From Candidatus Micrarchaeota archaeon (GTDB taxonomy: Archaea; Micrarchaeota; Micrarchaeia; Micrarchaeales; CABMGC01), in contig JAKATZ010000024.1 in the NCBI GenBank assembly GCA_021827925.1, forward strand, positions 4,726 to 68,725: DNA of 64,000 bases, written 5' to 3'. Shown piece after piece: positions 18,994 to 27,944 of the stretch. The position numbers were made by a program, and so were the translations under genes. Under the pieces are notes generated by a model that was not told the origin of the DNA, made no database searches, and worked only from the letters and a program-made list of their open reading frames with translations. Positions within the stretch are counted from its first letter, which is position 1. Each line of letters begins with the position of its first letter.

Positions 18994-19500
18994 TTATTTA
19001 GCCATTTGCGAGCGGCGACGTGCTTTCCTGTCAAGGCTCCTCTTCGAAGATCGGAGGACTCTTCCCTCTGCGTCTATCTTTCCGGCGCGTATCCTTGATG
19101 AGGATATGGGAAGTTTGTCTTCGGCCAGAACGTACCTTACCTTAACTATGCGCAGCTCCTTCAGCCCTTTGGACTTACGTATCTGATTTATCTCCTTTGC
19201 AGTTCGGTATGTCTCCCCGCTCACGACTATGGCATCGAGATCCCAGCGGAGTGAGAAGCTGAATTTGTCATGGATCTTTATTATACGGAACCTTTTTCCA
19301 AAACCTGCGGCAAATCCCTTAAGTTCGCGTTTCCTCTCTGCGAAGCTCTTTGTCGGATTGCCCTTATGCTTTGCAAAACTGTCAGAAGTGAGGGCTATGT
19401 ACACCGGTTCGCCCAGTTCAAACGCTTTCCTCAGAAGTGCCCTGTGCCCTTTGTGAAGATACGCGAATGTACCGCCCACAAGCACTTTCATTTCCATCAC
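18994..19500 (-). CDS. coaD: Archaeal phosphopantetheine adenylyltransferase (cytidylyltransferase fold)
   Basis: GGTFAYLHKGHRALL is the (T/H)xGH nucleotidyltransferase motif, and the C-terminal motif is ISSSRIR. Confidence 0.8.
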   Translation of the reverse strand: MMEMKVLVGGTFAYLHKGHRALLRKAFELGEPVYIALTSDSFAKHKGNPTKSFAERKRELKGFAAGFGKRFRIIKIHDKFSFSLRWDLDAIVVSGETYRTAKEINQIRKSKGLKELRIVKVRYVLAEDKLPISSSRIRAGKIDAEGRVLRSSKRSLDRKARRRSQMAK

Positions 19501-20699
19501 AAAAGCAATTTAACAGTCTTGCCGTAGTGCTTTTTCAGAAGCCACTCGAGCTCCTCGCAGAGGTTCTTTTCCTCGGTCCTCAGGCGCTCGGCGTCTTCGG
19601 AGGCTGACTTGCGCTCTGTCGCAAGCCTTTCGGCGCGTGAACCCTTATCGAGCATCTTCAAATGCTCCTGCCGTAGGGCAGATGCCTGTGCCTCGAGGGA
19701 AGCCTTCTCCTCCCTGCTGGATCTGGCCCTCTCGATCTCGCGCTTCAGGTCCCCGGAGAGCACAAACCCGACGCTTGCGATAGTTTCATCGGCGTTCTTC
19801 ACCTCTATGCTCCCTGATTTTATTCCTGCGGCGAGACCCTTGGCAAGACCCGCGAATATGGAGTATTCTTCCTGCGATTCGAGAGATTGTGGAATGGATA
19901 TGAATTCGGCAAGCTTCCTTTTCTCTAGAGAGAGATGGTCGTATTTCCTTGAGGCGCGTTCGAGAGGCTGCAGCATCCAGGCTATGCGCTGCTGCGAGCG
20001 CAGCATTGCGGAATAGGCGCTAGCAACCTCAGCTTCCTTCGCTGCAAGCTTCTCGGCAAGCTCGCCTGCGGCTTCTGACCCAGGTGGCGCATCTGAACCG
20101 GGAGGGTGTGAAGAGAGAAAATCCTTTAATTCCTCAAGCTCTGAACTTACCCCCATGAGCTCTGATAGTTTGCCTTTCAGCAGAAGGTATTCCGAGTAAT
20201 AAGGTTCGCCCCTGTCCAGCTCTGACTTGAGGCTCGCTACAAGCTTCTCGATCGAGGAGAAGTTCTTCTTGAACGAGCCGAGGTGACGCGAATATGCGAG
20301 GAAGGCAAGCCTGTAAGTGCCGTTTATGCCCATGATCTCACGGATCATGGCTTCTGCGTCTGTGTAAATGCGCTTGTACTTCTCGTAGGCATTGCCCGAG
20401 TCCGCGGCCTTTCTGTATTCCGACATGGCCCTCTTCAGGGTCTTTGCGTACGTGCTCTTCTGACTCTTTACAGACCCGGTATTTGCAAGGTAGACTTCCT
20501 CAAGCTCGGGTTCATCCTCTATCCCATCAAGATAGTCACATGCTTTGATGAACTCTTCCTCCTTTGACCGGAGCTCTTCCAGCATCGCCTCTGCTCTGGA
20601 ACTTAATTGCAGGGTTTTTCTTCCGAAGAGCGATTCGAGGAGAGCAGGTAGCTCGCTTGCCTTCACTTCCTCGGGTGGCTCCCGTCTGCCCAAGAACAT
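19497..20699 (-). CDS. Hypothetical coiled-coil protein
   Basis: 400 aa, rich in E/K/L/A with heptad-like stretches. Its stop overlaps the coaD start by 4 nt, indicating an operon. Confidence 0.55.
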   Translation of the reverse strand: MFLGRREPPEEVKASELPALLESLFGRKTLQLSSRAEAMLEELRSKEEEFIKACDYLDGIEDEPELEEVYLANTGSVKSQKSTYAKTLKRAMSEYRKAADSGNAYEKYKRIYTDAEAMIREIMGINGTYRLAFLAYSRHLGSFKKNFSSIEKLVASLKSELDRGEPYYSEYLLLKGKLSELMGVSSELEELKDFLSSHPPGSDAPPGSEAAGELAEKLAAKEAEVASAYSAMLRSQQRIAWMLQPLERASRKYDHLSLEKRKLAEFISIPQSLESQEEYSIFAGLAKGLAAGIKSGSIEVKNADETIASVGFVLSGDLKREIERARSSREEKASLEAQASALRQEHLKMLDKGSRAERLATERKSASEDAERLRTEEKNLCEELEWLLKKHYGKTVKLLL

Positions 20700-20896
20700 C
20701 CAATTGACCTCTTACTTATGCTACTACATCATACTTATATCTTGTTGCCTCTTGGAAGAGACGTATGGCTTTGCGCAGCCAGGAATCAACCACCCCACAG
20801 CAAGCTGTGAGGTATGCTGTATCGCAAGACTGTTGCATCTTCGATATTAGTGTTCCCACCCCAGGGGTTGGGGTATACTCTAGGCTAATTAATGAG

Positions 20897-21418
20897 TTAC
20901 AGCCGTAGATTGCGCGCTGGTGCGCCGTCTGTGCTATTGAGTAGCCCAAGTTCGCGTGCCTTTGCAAATGCCTTGTGCAGGACATATTTTACGTTTGGGT
21001 ATGTCTCAAGGCCGTCTATATCCTCTTCGCCAAACCACCCTAGAGCGGTCTCCGCTTCCCCGGATGGATCACCTTCATTCTTTGCAAGATAGATCATATC
21101 GAAGTGCTGATGATTGCCGCTCTTGTAAGCAACGTCCTCATGCATTATGATGAAAGGACGTGGCAGTTCGTAGTCGTGTGCATCCGTAGCGCCGTTCCAC
21201 TCGATAGCATTGTCGGTATCGATGATCCTTATCTTCAACCCTGTTTCCTCGAGCGTTTCGCGCACGGCAGTGTACTGCGGGGTCTCGTTTTCCTCAGTGT
21301 GCCCGCCGGGCTGCAGCCATACTCCTAGCTTCAAGTGTTTAAGAAGAAGCACTTTTCCATTCCAGAAAACCAGGGAGGAGCCGCATACGCAGACTTTTGA
21401 CATGGAAAACCCATACAT
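20897..21418 (-). CDS. NUDIX hydrolase
   Basis: The Nudix box is GGHTEENETPQYTAVRETLEETGL. Confidence 0.85.
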   Translation of the reverse strand: MYGFSMSKVCVCGSSLVFWNGKVLLLKHLKLGVWLQPGGHTEENETPQYTAVRETLEETGLKIRIIDTDNAIEWNGATDAHDYELPRPFIIMHEDVAYKSGNHQHFDMIYLAKNEGDPSGEAETALGWFGEEDIDGLETYPNVKYVLHKAFAKARELGLLNSTDGAPARNLRL

Positions 21419-21579
21419 AAAACGCGTGGAAGTTATAAAAAGTTAGGCGCAACGTGGCATGATTATGATACACGCACCGGTTCATGCGCAGGTTATGCGC
21501 ATACGGCATGGCAGAAGAAAATTGTCATGCATCATAATCTCTTTATACTTTTGCGACTCCCATACTAATTGCAGCAACA

Positions 21580-22089
21580 ATGGATGGTCAGATGGAGGTC
21601 TTACTTATACCTGAAAAGAGGGCGAAGTTACTTTTAGCGGAACTTGAGAGCGTAAGGAAAAAATTGAAATGCAAGATAGAACTGGATAACGAGAATGAGG
21701 TAAGGATAGAGGGCGACCCTTATGATGAATACACGGCAAGGAATGTGATAGAAGCATTCGGCAGGGGCTTTGACTTCAGTGATGCGTACAAGCTGCTTAG
21801 CGACGACTATTTCTTCAAGTATATAAGCTTGAAGGAGATGTTTAAGAGCAAAGAGCAGGCAAAGAGGATAAAGGCGCGCATAATAGGCACTGAGGGCAAG
21901 GCCAAGGAGTATATGCAGGAAGTAAGCGGTGCCCGCATAGCCGTCTACGGGAGCACCGTAGGGATAATAGGCAGGATAGACGAGGTAGAGATCGCGACAA
22001 GCGCACTACAGGTGCTGCTTGAGGGCGGAACGCATAAGAAGGCGTATAGGATAATGGAAAGCACGCGAAGGAAGAAGAGTGAGGAGTGA
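21580..22089 (+). CDS. KH-domain RNA-binding protein (archaeal Dim2/Pno1-like)
   Basis: 169 aa with two KH-like modules. The second carries IIGTEGKAKEYMQEVSGARIAV (GxxG loop). Confidence 0.75.
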   Translation: MDGQMEVLLIPEKRAKLLLAELESVRKKLKCKIELDNENEVRIEGDPYDEYTARNVIEAFGRGFDFSDAYKLLSDDYFFKYISLKEMFKSKEQAKRIKARIIGTEGKAKEYMQEVSGARIAVYGSTVGIIGRIDEVEIATSALQVLLEGGTHKKAYRIMESTRRKKSEE

Positions 22090-22095
22090 ATGTGA

Positions 22096-23757
22096 ATGGC
22101 AGAGGAGGTAAGTTCCGAGAAGATATTCAAGGAGTTCAAGGAGCATTCGATATCGGAGTTCTTCAGGAAGAACAGTCAGATGCTTGGCTATTCTGGAAAA
22201 GTGAGGTCGCTGACCACCATAGTCCACGAATACGTATCGAATTCCCTCGACGCTTGCGAAGAGGCAGGCATACTGCCGGATATATCGGTAGAGATAAAGG
22301 AGCTTGAGAACGGGAAATATGCCGTAGGCGTAGGAGACAACGGGCCGGGAATACCGAGCAAGATAGTGGGGAAGGCGCTGGCAACAGTCCTCGCAGGCAC
22401 AAAGTTCCACAGGTATCTGCAGCAGAGGGGGCAGCAAGGAATAGGAGCATCGGGATGCACACTGTTCTCGAAAATAACCACCGGAAAGGACATACGTGTC
22501 AGGGCGATGACTGAAAGGGAGAACTACGGATGCGAAGTCACGATAGACATAATATCTAACAGGCCGCTAATATCGAATTTTGTGAAAGACGGGAGCAGGA
22601 AGGAAAGGGGCACAAGCATATATGGCGAGTTCGGAGATGTTAAGTATGAGAACAGCGATCATGGAGTGTACGAGTATCTAAAAAGGACGGCTCTCTCAAA
22701 TCCGCATGCGACCATAAGACTTCTTGATCCGACAGGCAAGGAGAGCCTCTTCGTAAGGGCCACTGACGAGATGCCAAAGAAGGCAAAGGAGACAAAGCCG
22801 CACCCCCTGGGCATATCCACAAATGATCTCGTGGAGTTTGCACACAGGAGCACTGCAAAGAACGTGGGCGTATTCCTTGCCGAGGCTTTTTCAAGGGTCT
22901 CTCAGGGCAAGGTCGCTGAACTGAGGGAGATAGCAAAAGAGGTGAACTTCGATGCGGCGCCGAGGAGCCTCCGATGGAAAGATGCGGAGAGCATAGTGAA
23001 TGCGTTCAAGCAGGTCAAGTGGGTCGGCCCTGAGATGGATTCGCTGTCCACAATAGGGGAGAAACAGATAGAGATAGCAATAAGGAATATATTGAATCCG
23101 AAATTCCTGAGTGTTGTTGAGAGAAAGCCCAAGGTCTTCAGGGGAGGGATACCATTCGTTGTCGAGGCAGGCATAGCGTACGGAGGTGATGCGGGAAAGC
23201 GCACCGGTGAGAAGAAGGAGGGAGAGGAGGAGGGATCGGCTTCAAACGTGGAGGGAAGCGTATTACGATTTGCGAATAAGGTGCCCCTTCTTTTTGACGG
23301 CTCTAACTGTGCCATAACAGAGGCGGTCAGGAGTATACAGTGGAAGAGGTACGGCATAGCCAGATTCGAGGAGGAGCCCGTGAGCGTGCTAATAAACATA
23401 TCTAGCGTGTATGTGCCGTACTCAGGAGTAGGCAAGCAGGCTGTAGCGCAGGAGGACGAGATAATAGAGGAGATAAAGCTTGCGGCAATGGACTGCGGCA
23501 GAACCCTCCAGCGATATCTTAGTGGAATAAGAAACATGGCGGCGCAGGAATCTAAATACAAGACGATAATGAGGTACGTTGATCAGCTCTCCGGGGACCT
23601 GTCAGAGATAACTGGCAAAAGCAGCATCGAAATAAAAGCCTCGCTTAAGGCCCTCGTGGAGAGCAGGTACAAACCAGCGGAAGGCAGGCGCCTTGCGGAG
23701 GAAGAGAAGGAAAACGAAGCCGAGGCTGATGAAGGAGAAGAAGAGGCAGAGGAATAG
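22096..23757 (+). CDS. top6B: DNA topoisomerase VI subunit B
   Basis: 553 aa. The Bergerat/GHKL motifs are HEYVSNSLDA, GDNGPGIP and GQQGIGASG. The N-terminus SISEFF.KN...LG is typical. The C-terminal tail is acidic. Confidence 0.9.
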   Translation: MAEEVSSEKIFKEFKEHSISEFFRKNSQMLGYSGKVRSLTTIVHEYVSNSLDACEEAGILPDISVEIKELENGKYAVGVGDNGPGIPSKIVGKALATVLAGTKFHRYLQQRGQQGIGASGCTLFSKITTGKDIRVRAMTERENYGCEVTIDIISNRPLISNFVKDGSRKERGTSIYGEFGDVKYENSDHGVYEYLKRTALSNPHATIRLLDPTGKESLFVRATDEMPKKAKETKPHPLGISTNDLVEFAHRSTAKNVGVFLAEAFSRVSQGKVAELREIAKEVNFDAAPRSLRWKDAESIVNAFKQVKWVGPEMDSLSTIGEKQIEIAIRNILNPKFLSVVERKPKVFRGGIPFVVEAGIAYGGDAGKRTGEKKEGEEEGSASNVEGSVLRFANKVPLLFDGSNCAITEAVRSIQWKRYGIARFEEEPVSVLINISSVYVPYSGVGKQAVAQEDEIIEEIKLAAMDCGRTLQRYLSGIRNMAAQESKYKTIMRYVDQLSGDLSEITGKSSIEIKASLKALVESRYKPAEGRRLAEEEKENEAEADEGEEEAEE

Positions 23758-23764
23758 GCAGCCG

Positions 23765-24187
23765 CTACCTGTATCCGCTCAGGTCAGGTTCGGTTTTTGC
23801 GCCAGGAACCTTTGCAGGCTTTAGTCGGTACCAGTTCGCATACAGCCACATGTTATAGCGATGCTGCTCATGAATGAACGTGAGCGTGAGGTATCCGAAC
23901 TCGTCTTCGTGCCCCATCACTGCTATCGAATCTGCATCTGCAACTTTGCCGCCGCCGACGTATATCATCCTGACCCCCAGTTTGGCGGCGGCATCGAGAA
24001 ATTGCTTGTAATCCGTTCCGCCTGCAGGCGCCCACCAGTCGACATTCGTGTAGTTTCCTGCTGGCCAACCGAAGAAGACAGCAAACCTGCTTTTGCAGTA
24101 TTCCTTTATCTCGCCCAATACGGGCTTTAGATCGTCCGCCACGCCGAACTGTACCTTCCTCCATTCCGGACTGGTTTCCGCTTCCAT
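23765..24187 (-). CDS. Hypothetical protein (possible last gene of the large minus-strand operon)
   Basis: 140-aa ORF, Trp/Tyr-rich, with no motif I recognise. It starts 48 nt downstream of the preceding gene on the same strand. Confidence 0.5.
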   Translation of the reverse strand: MEAETSPEWRKVQFGVADDLKPVLGEIKEYCKSRFAVFFGWPAGNYTNVDWWAPAGGTDYKQFLDAAAKLGVRMIYVGGGKVADADSIAVMGHEDEFGYLTLTFIHEQHRYNMWLYANWYRLKPAKVPGAKTEPDLSGYR

Positions 24188-24235
24188 TAAATCACTTCAA
24201 TATCGGTTATAGCGCATAGCGCAATGATCATGCAT

Positions 24236-26602
24236 TCAGAAAAGCAGCTGATCCAGATTGTTTGTATCTATCATCTTTATCGTAGAGTACGAGACGCCCA
24301 TTTTGAGAAGCTCGGATTCCTCGCCATAAGAGAAATACAGCCTGTCGGTAAACTCTGCCCTCGACTCCTCGTCGAGGAATACAAGAAATGCACGCTGATC
24401 CTTGCTCATCTTTATCTTCTTCCTGCTAGTGGGCCCGGATTGTATGAATATCTGGCTCTGGGAACCGGACCTGGTGATGACCATGTCCGCATTATCGTTT
24501 GTATCGAGGTCGGTGAAGAGTATGGCATGCTCAACGCAATAGTCGCGGAGCTTGCGGAATATCACAAGGTAGGCAATGTCATGATTCGCTGCATCGACCC
24601 AGCGCTTCGGCGCGTAGTAGTTCGAGGCCGAGAGCAGCTTGCCCTGGGATACCAGCCTGTCCAGTATGTAAGCCGTGTTCTGCAGGGTTATTGCTATGGG
24701 CATATTGTTGTACCGTACGTTACCGCTTATGCCAGTCTTAACTTCCTCTGGGGTGAGCGGCATGTACCTCCAATGGAAGCGGTAATTGACAGTATCGAAT
24801 ATGTTGAGGATCGTGTTGGCGTCAGTCTTCGCCTCCGCCTTCTTACCCGATGAGAACTCCGGCACGTCTACGTAGTACTCGTCCCTTACCGGCGTCTTGA
24901 TTATGAGATTCAGCAGAAGGATAACGAACACTGCTATCCCGAACTCGAGGTAGAACGGAGGTATAGGGCTCTTTCCGGAGTACCTTGCGGAGTAGTAGTA
25001 GGTGTAATTCAACAAGCTTACAGCAAAGGACTGCTGACCGTAGCTTATGACTGTGCCCTTCGGCAGGAGATATGAGATGAGGCCTTCCGCCACGGTGCCG
25101 TTTTCACGGTAGATGTTGTTTATGCTTGCAGTATATGGAACCCCGGAGATGTATCTGCCATTGCTCTCCGCGCTGAATACGAACGTCCCGTTCTTGAAGT
25201 TTATGGTAACCGGAGTTATGACCACTCCGGCTTCGTAGAATAGTGCAGACCCGTAAAGGGTGTCGTTTGAATCACGCAAGGACGCCACGTAATAGCCGCT
25301 TGGAAGTGCGAATGAGGTGTACTTCACAGGCACGAGCGATGCGTTGAAGAATCCCACAGGCAGGCTCTCTTTCAGGTTGAGGCTTTGATCGTATATGTCC
25401 AGATAGAAGAGCCTTGAGCCTATGTTCGGATTTGAGAGCTTTATGTACACAGGTACCACGTCTGTTGCGCCTATGACCCGCGGCATTCCCACGCTGGCAC
25501 TGGCATTGTACCTGATGCTTATGGGCGCCTCTTCGTACGAGCTTCCGTTCACGTTGGATGCGGTGAATGTTAGAAGGGAGTATGAGGAATTTATGACAGC
25601 TGAAGCGGATGCGTACTGGACTGGGGAGTTTGATGCGAATACAGTTGTTATCCCGTGAGAGGTTCCATTGATGAAGACACTTCCGCTCTCCACCGGACGC
25701 ATCCATGCCCTGGACGCTATTATGCGCGATATGTCGCTGGCCTCTGCGCTGGCATTGACATACGCATCGGTAGGATAATTGCTTAATGCCAGGATGGTGC
25801 CATTGCCATAGTTCGCATAGGTTACAGGGCCGATACTTGAACCGTTCATGAAGCTGAAGGTAGGCGAATTGAAGTATATTGTGCCGAACTGAAGCCTGGT
25901 TGCTGTGGCATTCTGCGGATATGCAGAAGGGGCTGTTCCTAGACCTGCGGCGCCCAGAACGTCAAGCGTCCCCTGAGGGGTGAGATATATGACTCCGTTC
26001 GTTATGCTCTTTGAGAAATTCTGCCCCACGTAGATTATAGTATCGCCTTTTTCCATGAGGCTGAGAATGGTGGCATTGTCGCTCTGGTTTGGGCTTCCGG
26101 AAGGCAGCAAAGAAGTAGGCATTATGCCCGAAGGCACTACTATGAGGGAATTGTCGGGCACGGTGCCTATGTCGAATAGACTGACCATGCGCAGACTGCT
26201 CGCGTTGCGCAGCAGGCCGTACGCCTGCATGTCGGAAAGCATCGACGAGTATAACTGGAGCTCATCGAAGCATTTCTCGCACGTGCTTCCGAGATTCAGG
26301 AGGACGACGCTTTCGAAAGGGTTATTCTTGTACATGCTGAGGGTGACATTGAGCGTTGAGGAATTCGTGAGGTTGTATCTGAACGTAGCATATCCTACCG
26401 CATAACCGGAATTGTTGTAGGAGAATACACCTTTGGAGACTATGGAGTGGCTCATCGCTATTTGGCCTGACGGAGGCGCGGTCACATTAGAGGCAAGGCT
26501 CTGCAGTACCGAGATTTCATTGCGCAGGTATGCCGAGATTCCTGCCAGAAATAAGACCGCGAGAATCACGGAAACGAGTAGTATAACTTTCTTTGAAGGC
26601 AT
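24236..26602 (-). CDS. Large bitopic protein: N-terminal signal anchor, sequon-rich beta-rich ectodomain, one TM, ~210-aa cytoplasmic domain
   Basis: 788 aa. The N-terminus is KKVILLVSVILAVLFLAGISAY. More than a dozen N-x-S/T sequons are present. A second TM (FYLEFGIAVFVILLLNLII) precedes the C-terminal soluble domain. Confidence 0.65.
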   Translation of the reverse strand: MPSKKVILLVSVILAVLFLAGISAYLRNEISVLQSLASNVTAPPSGQIAMSHSIVSKGVFSYNNSGYAVGYATFRYNLTNSSTLNVTLSMYKNNPFESVVLLNLGSTCEKCFDELQLYSSMLSDMQAYGLLRNASSLRMVSLFDIGTVPDNSLIVVPSGIMPTSLLPSGSPNQSDNATILSLMEKGDTIIYVGQNFSKSITNGVIYLTPQGTLDVLGAAGLGTAPSAYPQNATATRLQFGTIYFNSPTFSFMNGSSIGPVTYANYGNGTILALSNYPTDAYVNASAEASDISRIIASRAWMRPVESGSVFINGTSHGITTVFASNSPVQYASASAVINSSYSLLTFTASNVNGSSYEEAPISIRYNASASVGMPRVIGATDVVPVYIKLSNPNIGSRLFYLDIYDQSLNLKESLPVGFFNASLVPVKYTSFALPSGYYVASLRDSNDTLYGSALFYEAGVVITPVTINFKNGTFVFSAESNGRYISGVPYTASINNIYRENGTVAEGLISYLLPKGTVISYGQQSFAVSLLNYTYYYSARYSGKSPIPPFYLEFGIAVFVILLLNLIIKTPVRDEYYVDVPEFSSGKKAEAKTDANTILNIFDTVNYRFHWRYMPLTPEEVKTGISGNVRYNNMPIAITLQNTAYILDRLVSQGKLLSASNYYAPKRWVDAANHDIAYLVIFRKLRDYCVEHAILFTDLDTNDNADMVITRSGSQSQIFIQSGPTSRKKIKMSKDQRAFLVFLDEESRAEFTDRLYFSYGEESELLKMGVSYSTIKMIDTNNLDQLLF

Positions 26603-26607
26603 CGTAC

Positions 26608-26751
26608 CTATCCCTTGTATTCCATCTTATTGCTCTTGAGGAGGTACTTGTCTACAAGGGACTGTATCTTCCTTGATACGATGTTTGCCTCCCCGCCGTA
26701 GTGCTTGAGTATGCGGTATATGCGGATATTCCTGTACTTTCGGTTTATCAT
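26608..26751 (-). CDS. Candidate small basic protein (47 aa), below the usual ORF cutoff
   Basis: MINRKYRNIRIYRILKHYGGEANIVSRKIQSLVDKYLLKSNKMEYKG. The ATG lies 24 nt after the upstream stop and the stop lies 5 nt before the downstream start, so it fills an otherwise empty 172-nt gap in a tightly packed operon. Confidence 0.35.
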   Translation of the reverse strand: MINRKYRNIRIYRILKHYGGEANIVSRKIQSLVDKYLLKSNKMEYKG

Positions 26752-26774
26752 CACGCGGTATTGCAACGAAGCAC

Positions 26775-27509
26775 CTAGCTCTGAAGGCTCAGGTACCCCA
26801 TGGATACCATCTTGTCGAGTATCTCCTCGACACGCGGCGCGGCTACGCCATGGTTCTTGGCGAACTCGTTGATGTCGATGGTATTGTTGTGCACCTCTAT
26901 CCAATCTTGGACCATACCCATCAGCGAACCGTCCGAATAAGTTTGCAGCGTCTTAAGGCGCTCGCTCAGCTTCTTATTGTCATCATTCAGCTGTGCCGAC
27001 TGTATAGTAAGGTTTCGGTTCGAAGAGGCGAGCTCCAGGTTGAGTCTCTTGAGCTCGCGGTACTCGCCCAGCATGACATCGTACTTATTGAATAGGGTAC
27101 TGTACGGCTGCGAGAGGCCATTTATTATGTGGTCGAGGACCGAATCTATGTATTGCATGAACGTGCCCTCGCTTATATCGTACTGGTCGGATATCATCGA
27201 GATCAGGGAAGCCATGTTTTTCAGTATCACCGCTCTGCGCATGTTCTCGCTTGTATCGTGCGGTATGGAGTATATAACGCTGAGCTCATTGCCGGTTATC
27301 GAGATTATATGGAAAAGATACGGTTTCTTGTGTATGTTCCTGCTCTCTACGCGTACTATCACGAGCTCGCTGCCTTCGATTTTTGAGGAGTAGAATGGCA
27401 CTCTCTTGATTTTGTCCCGTATCCCGTCCAGGCTTCCGATAAGCTTCCCGCTGAAGGAGATCTTCTCCGTCTTGGGCTCGGGCGCCGTCTCTTCTGCCAC
27501 AAGTATCAC
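26775..27509 (-). CDS. Coiled-coil protein with a C-terminal winged-helix-like domain
   Basis: 244 aa. A central heptad region (ELKRLNLELASSNRNLTIQSAQLNDDNKKLSERLKTLQ) is followed by a C-terminal INEFAKNHGVAAPRVEEILDKMVSMGYL wHTH-like segment. Confidence 0.6.
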   Translation of the reverse strand: MILVAEETAPEPKTEKISFSGKLIGSLDGIRDKIKRVPFYSSKIEGSELVIVRVESRNIHKKPYLFHIISITGNELSVIYSIPHDTSENMRRAVILKNMASLISMISDQYDISEGTFMQYIDSVLDHIINGLSQPYSTLFNKYDVMLGEYRELKRLNLELASSNRNLTIQSAQLNDDNKKLSERLKTLQTYSDGSLMGMVQDWIEVHNNTIDINEFAKNHGVAAPRVEEILDKMVSMGYLSLQS

Positions 27510-27533
27510 ATATTACTAAGAGTCTAAATCTAT

Positions 27534-27944
27534 TTATTGCTTGCGCTTCTCTCCGAGAGAGACTGGTTCGGCTTTCCTTCGTGATATCGAACCTCTGCTG
27601 ACCGAAAGTGCAGGGAGCCAGTTTATGAGAGAGAGAAGATAGAGGAGTATGATTATCATTACGCTGAAGAGCAGTGAGCCTATGCTAGGGGAGAGGAGCA
27701 TGCTCACCACCAGCACAGCGACGCCAAGGATAAGGTATAGCCTCTGCCGAGATATGTATCTCTTGCGGTACTTGTTGTATTTGGGATAGCACTCTTTACA
27801 GACGACAACGCGGTTGTTCAGTCTCTTTCCGCGAACGTAGCCGTTTATTGTGCGTATCGCACGGGAAACGTTATCCTCGCGTATCTCTATGCCGTCCTTC
27901 TCCTTGCCGCATATTATGCAGTAGCTCTTCCTCCCCTGTGTCAT
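27534..27944 (-). CDS. Zinc-ribbon membrane protein
   Basis: 136 aa with an N-terminal CIICGK...CKEC ribbon, 2 TM helices and a basic tail. It has a 4-nt overlap with the upstream gene. Confidence 0.6.
   Translation of the reverse strand: MTQGRKSYCIICGKEKDGIEIREDNVSRAIRTINGYVRGKRLNNRVVVCKECYPKYNKYRKRYISRQRLYLILGVAVLVVSMLLSPSIGSLLFSVMIIILLYLLSLINWLPALSVSRGSISRRKAEPVSLGEKRKQ

Noticed and set aside
17495-19186. Long plus-strand ORFs (17495..18154, 18443..19186, 18489..18986) opposite pyrE and pyrF
   Set aside because: The minus-strand products carry clear OPRTase and OMP decarboxylase motifs. The plus-strand translations are low-complexity antisense artefacts.
20716-20985. 89-aa minus-strand ORF spanning the intergenic spacer and the NUDIX 3' end
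   Set aside because: It overlaps the well-supported NUDIX gene out of frame and has no features.
22902-23561. 219-aa ORF antisense to top6B
   Set aside because: top6B motifs are unambiguous on the plus strand, and the antisense product is Ser/Pro/Leu-rich.
26608-26904. Full 98-aa ORF from the track
   Set aside because: The proximal 51 codons overlap the 3' end of 26775..27509 in another frame and are Arg/Gln-rich junk. Only the distal 47 codons, from the ATG at 26751, are plausible.
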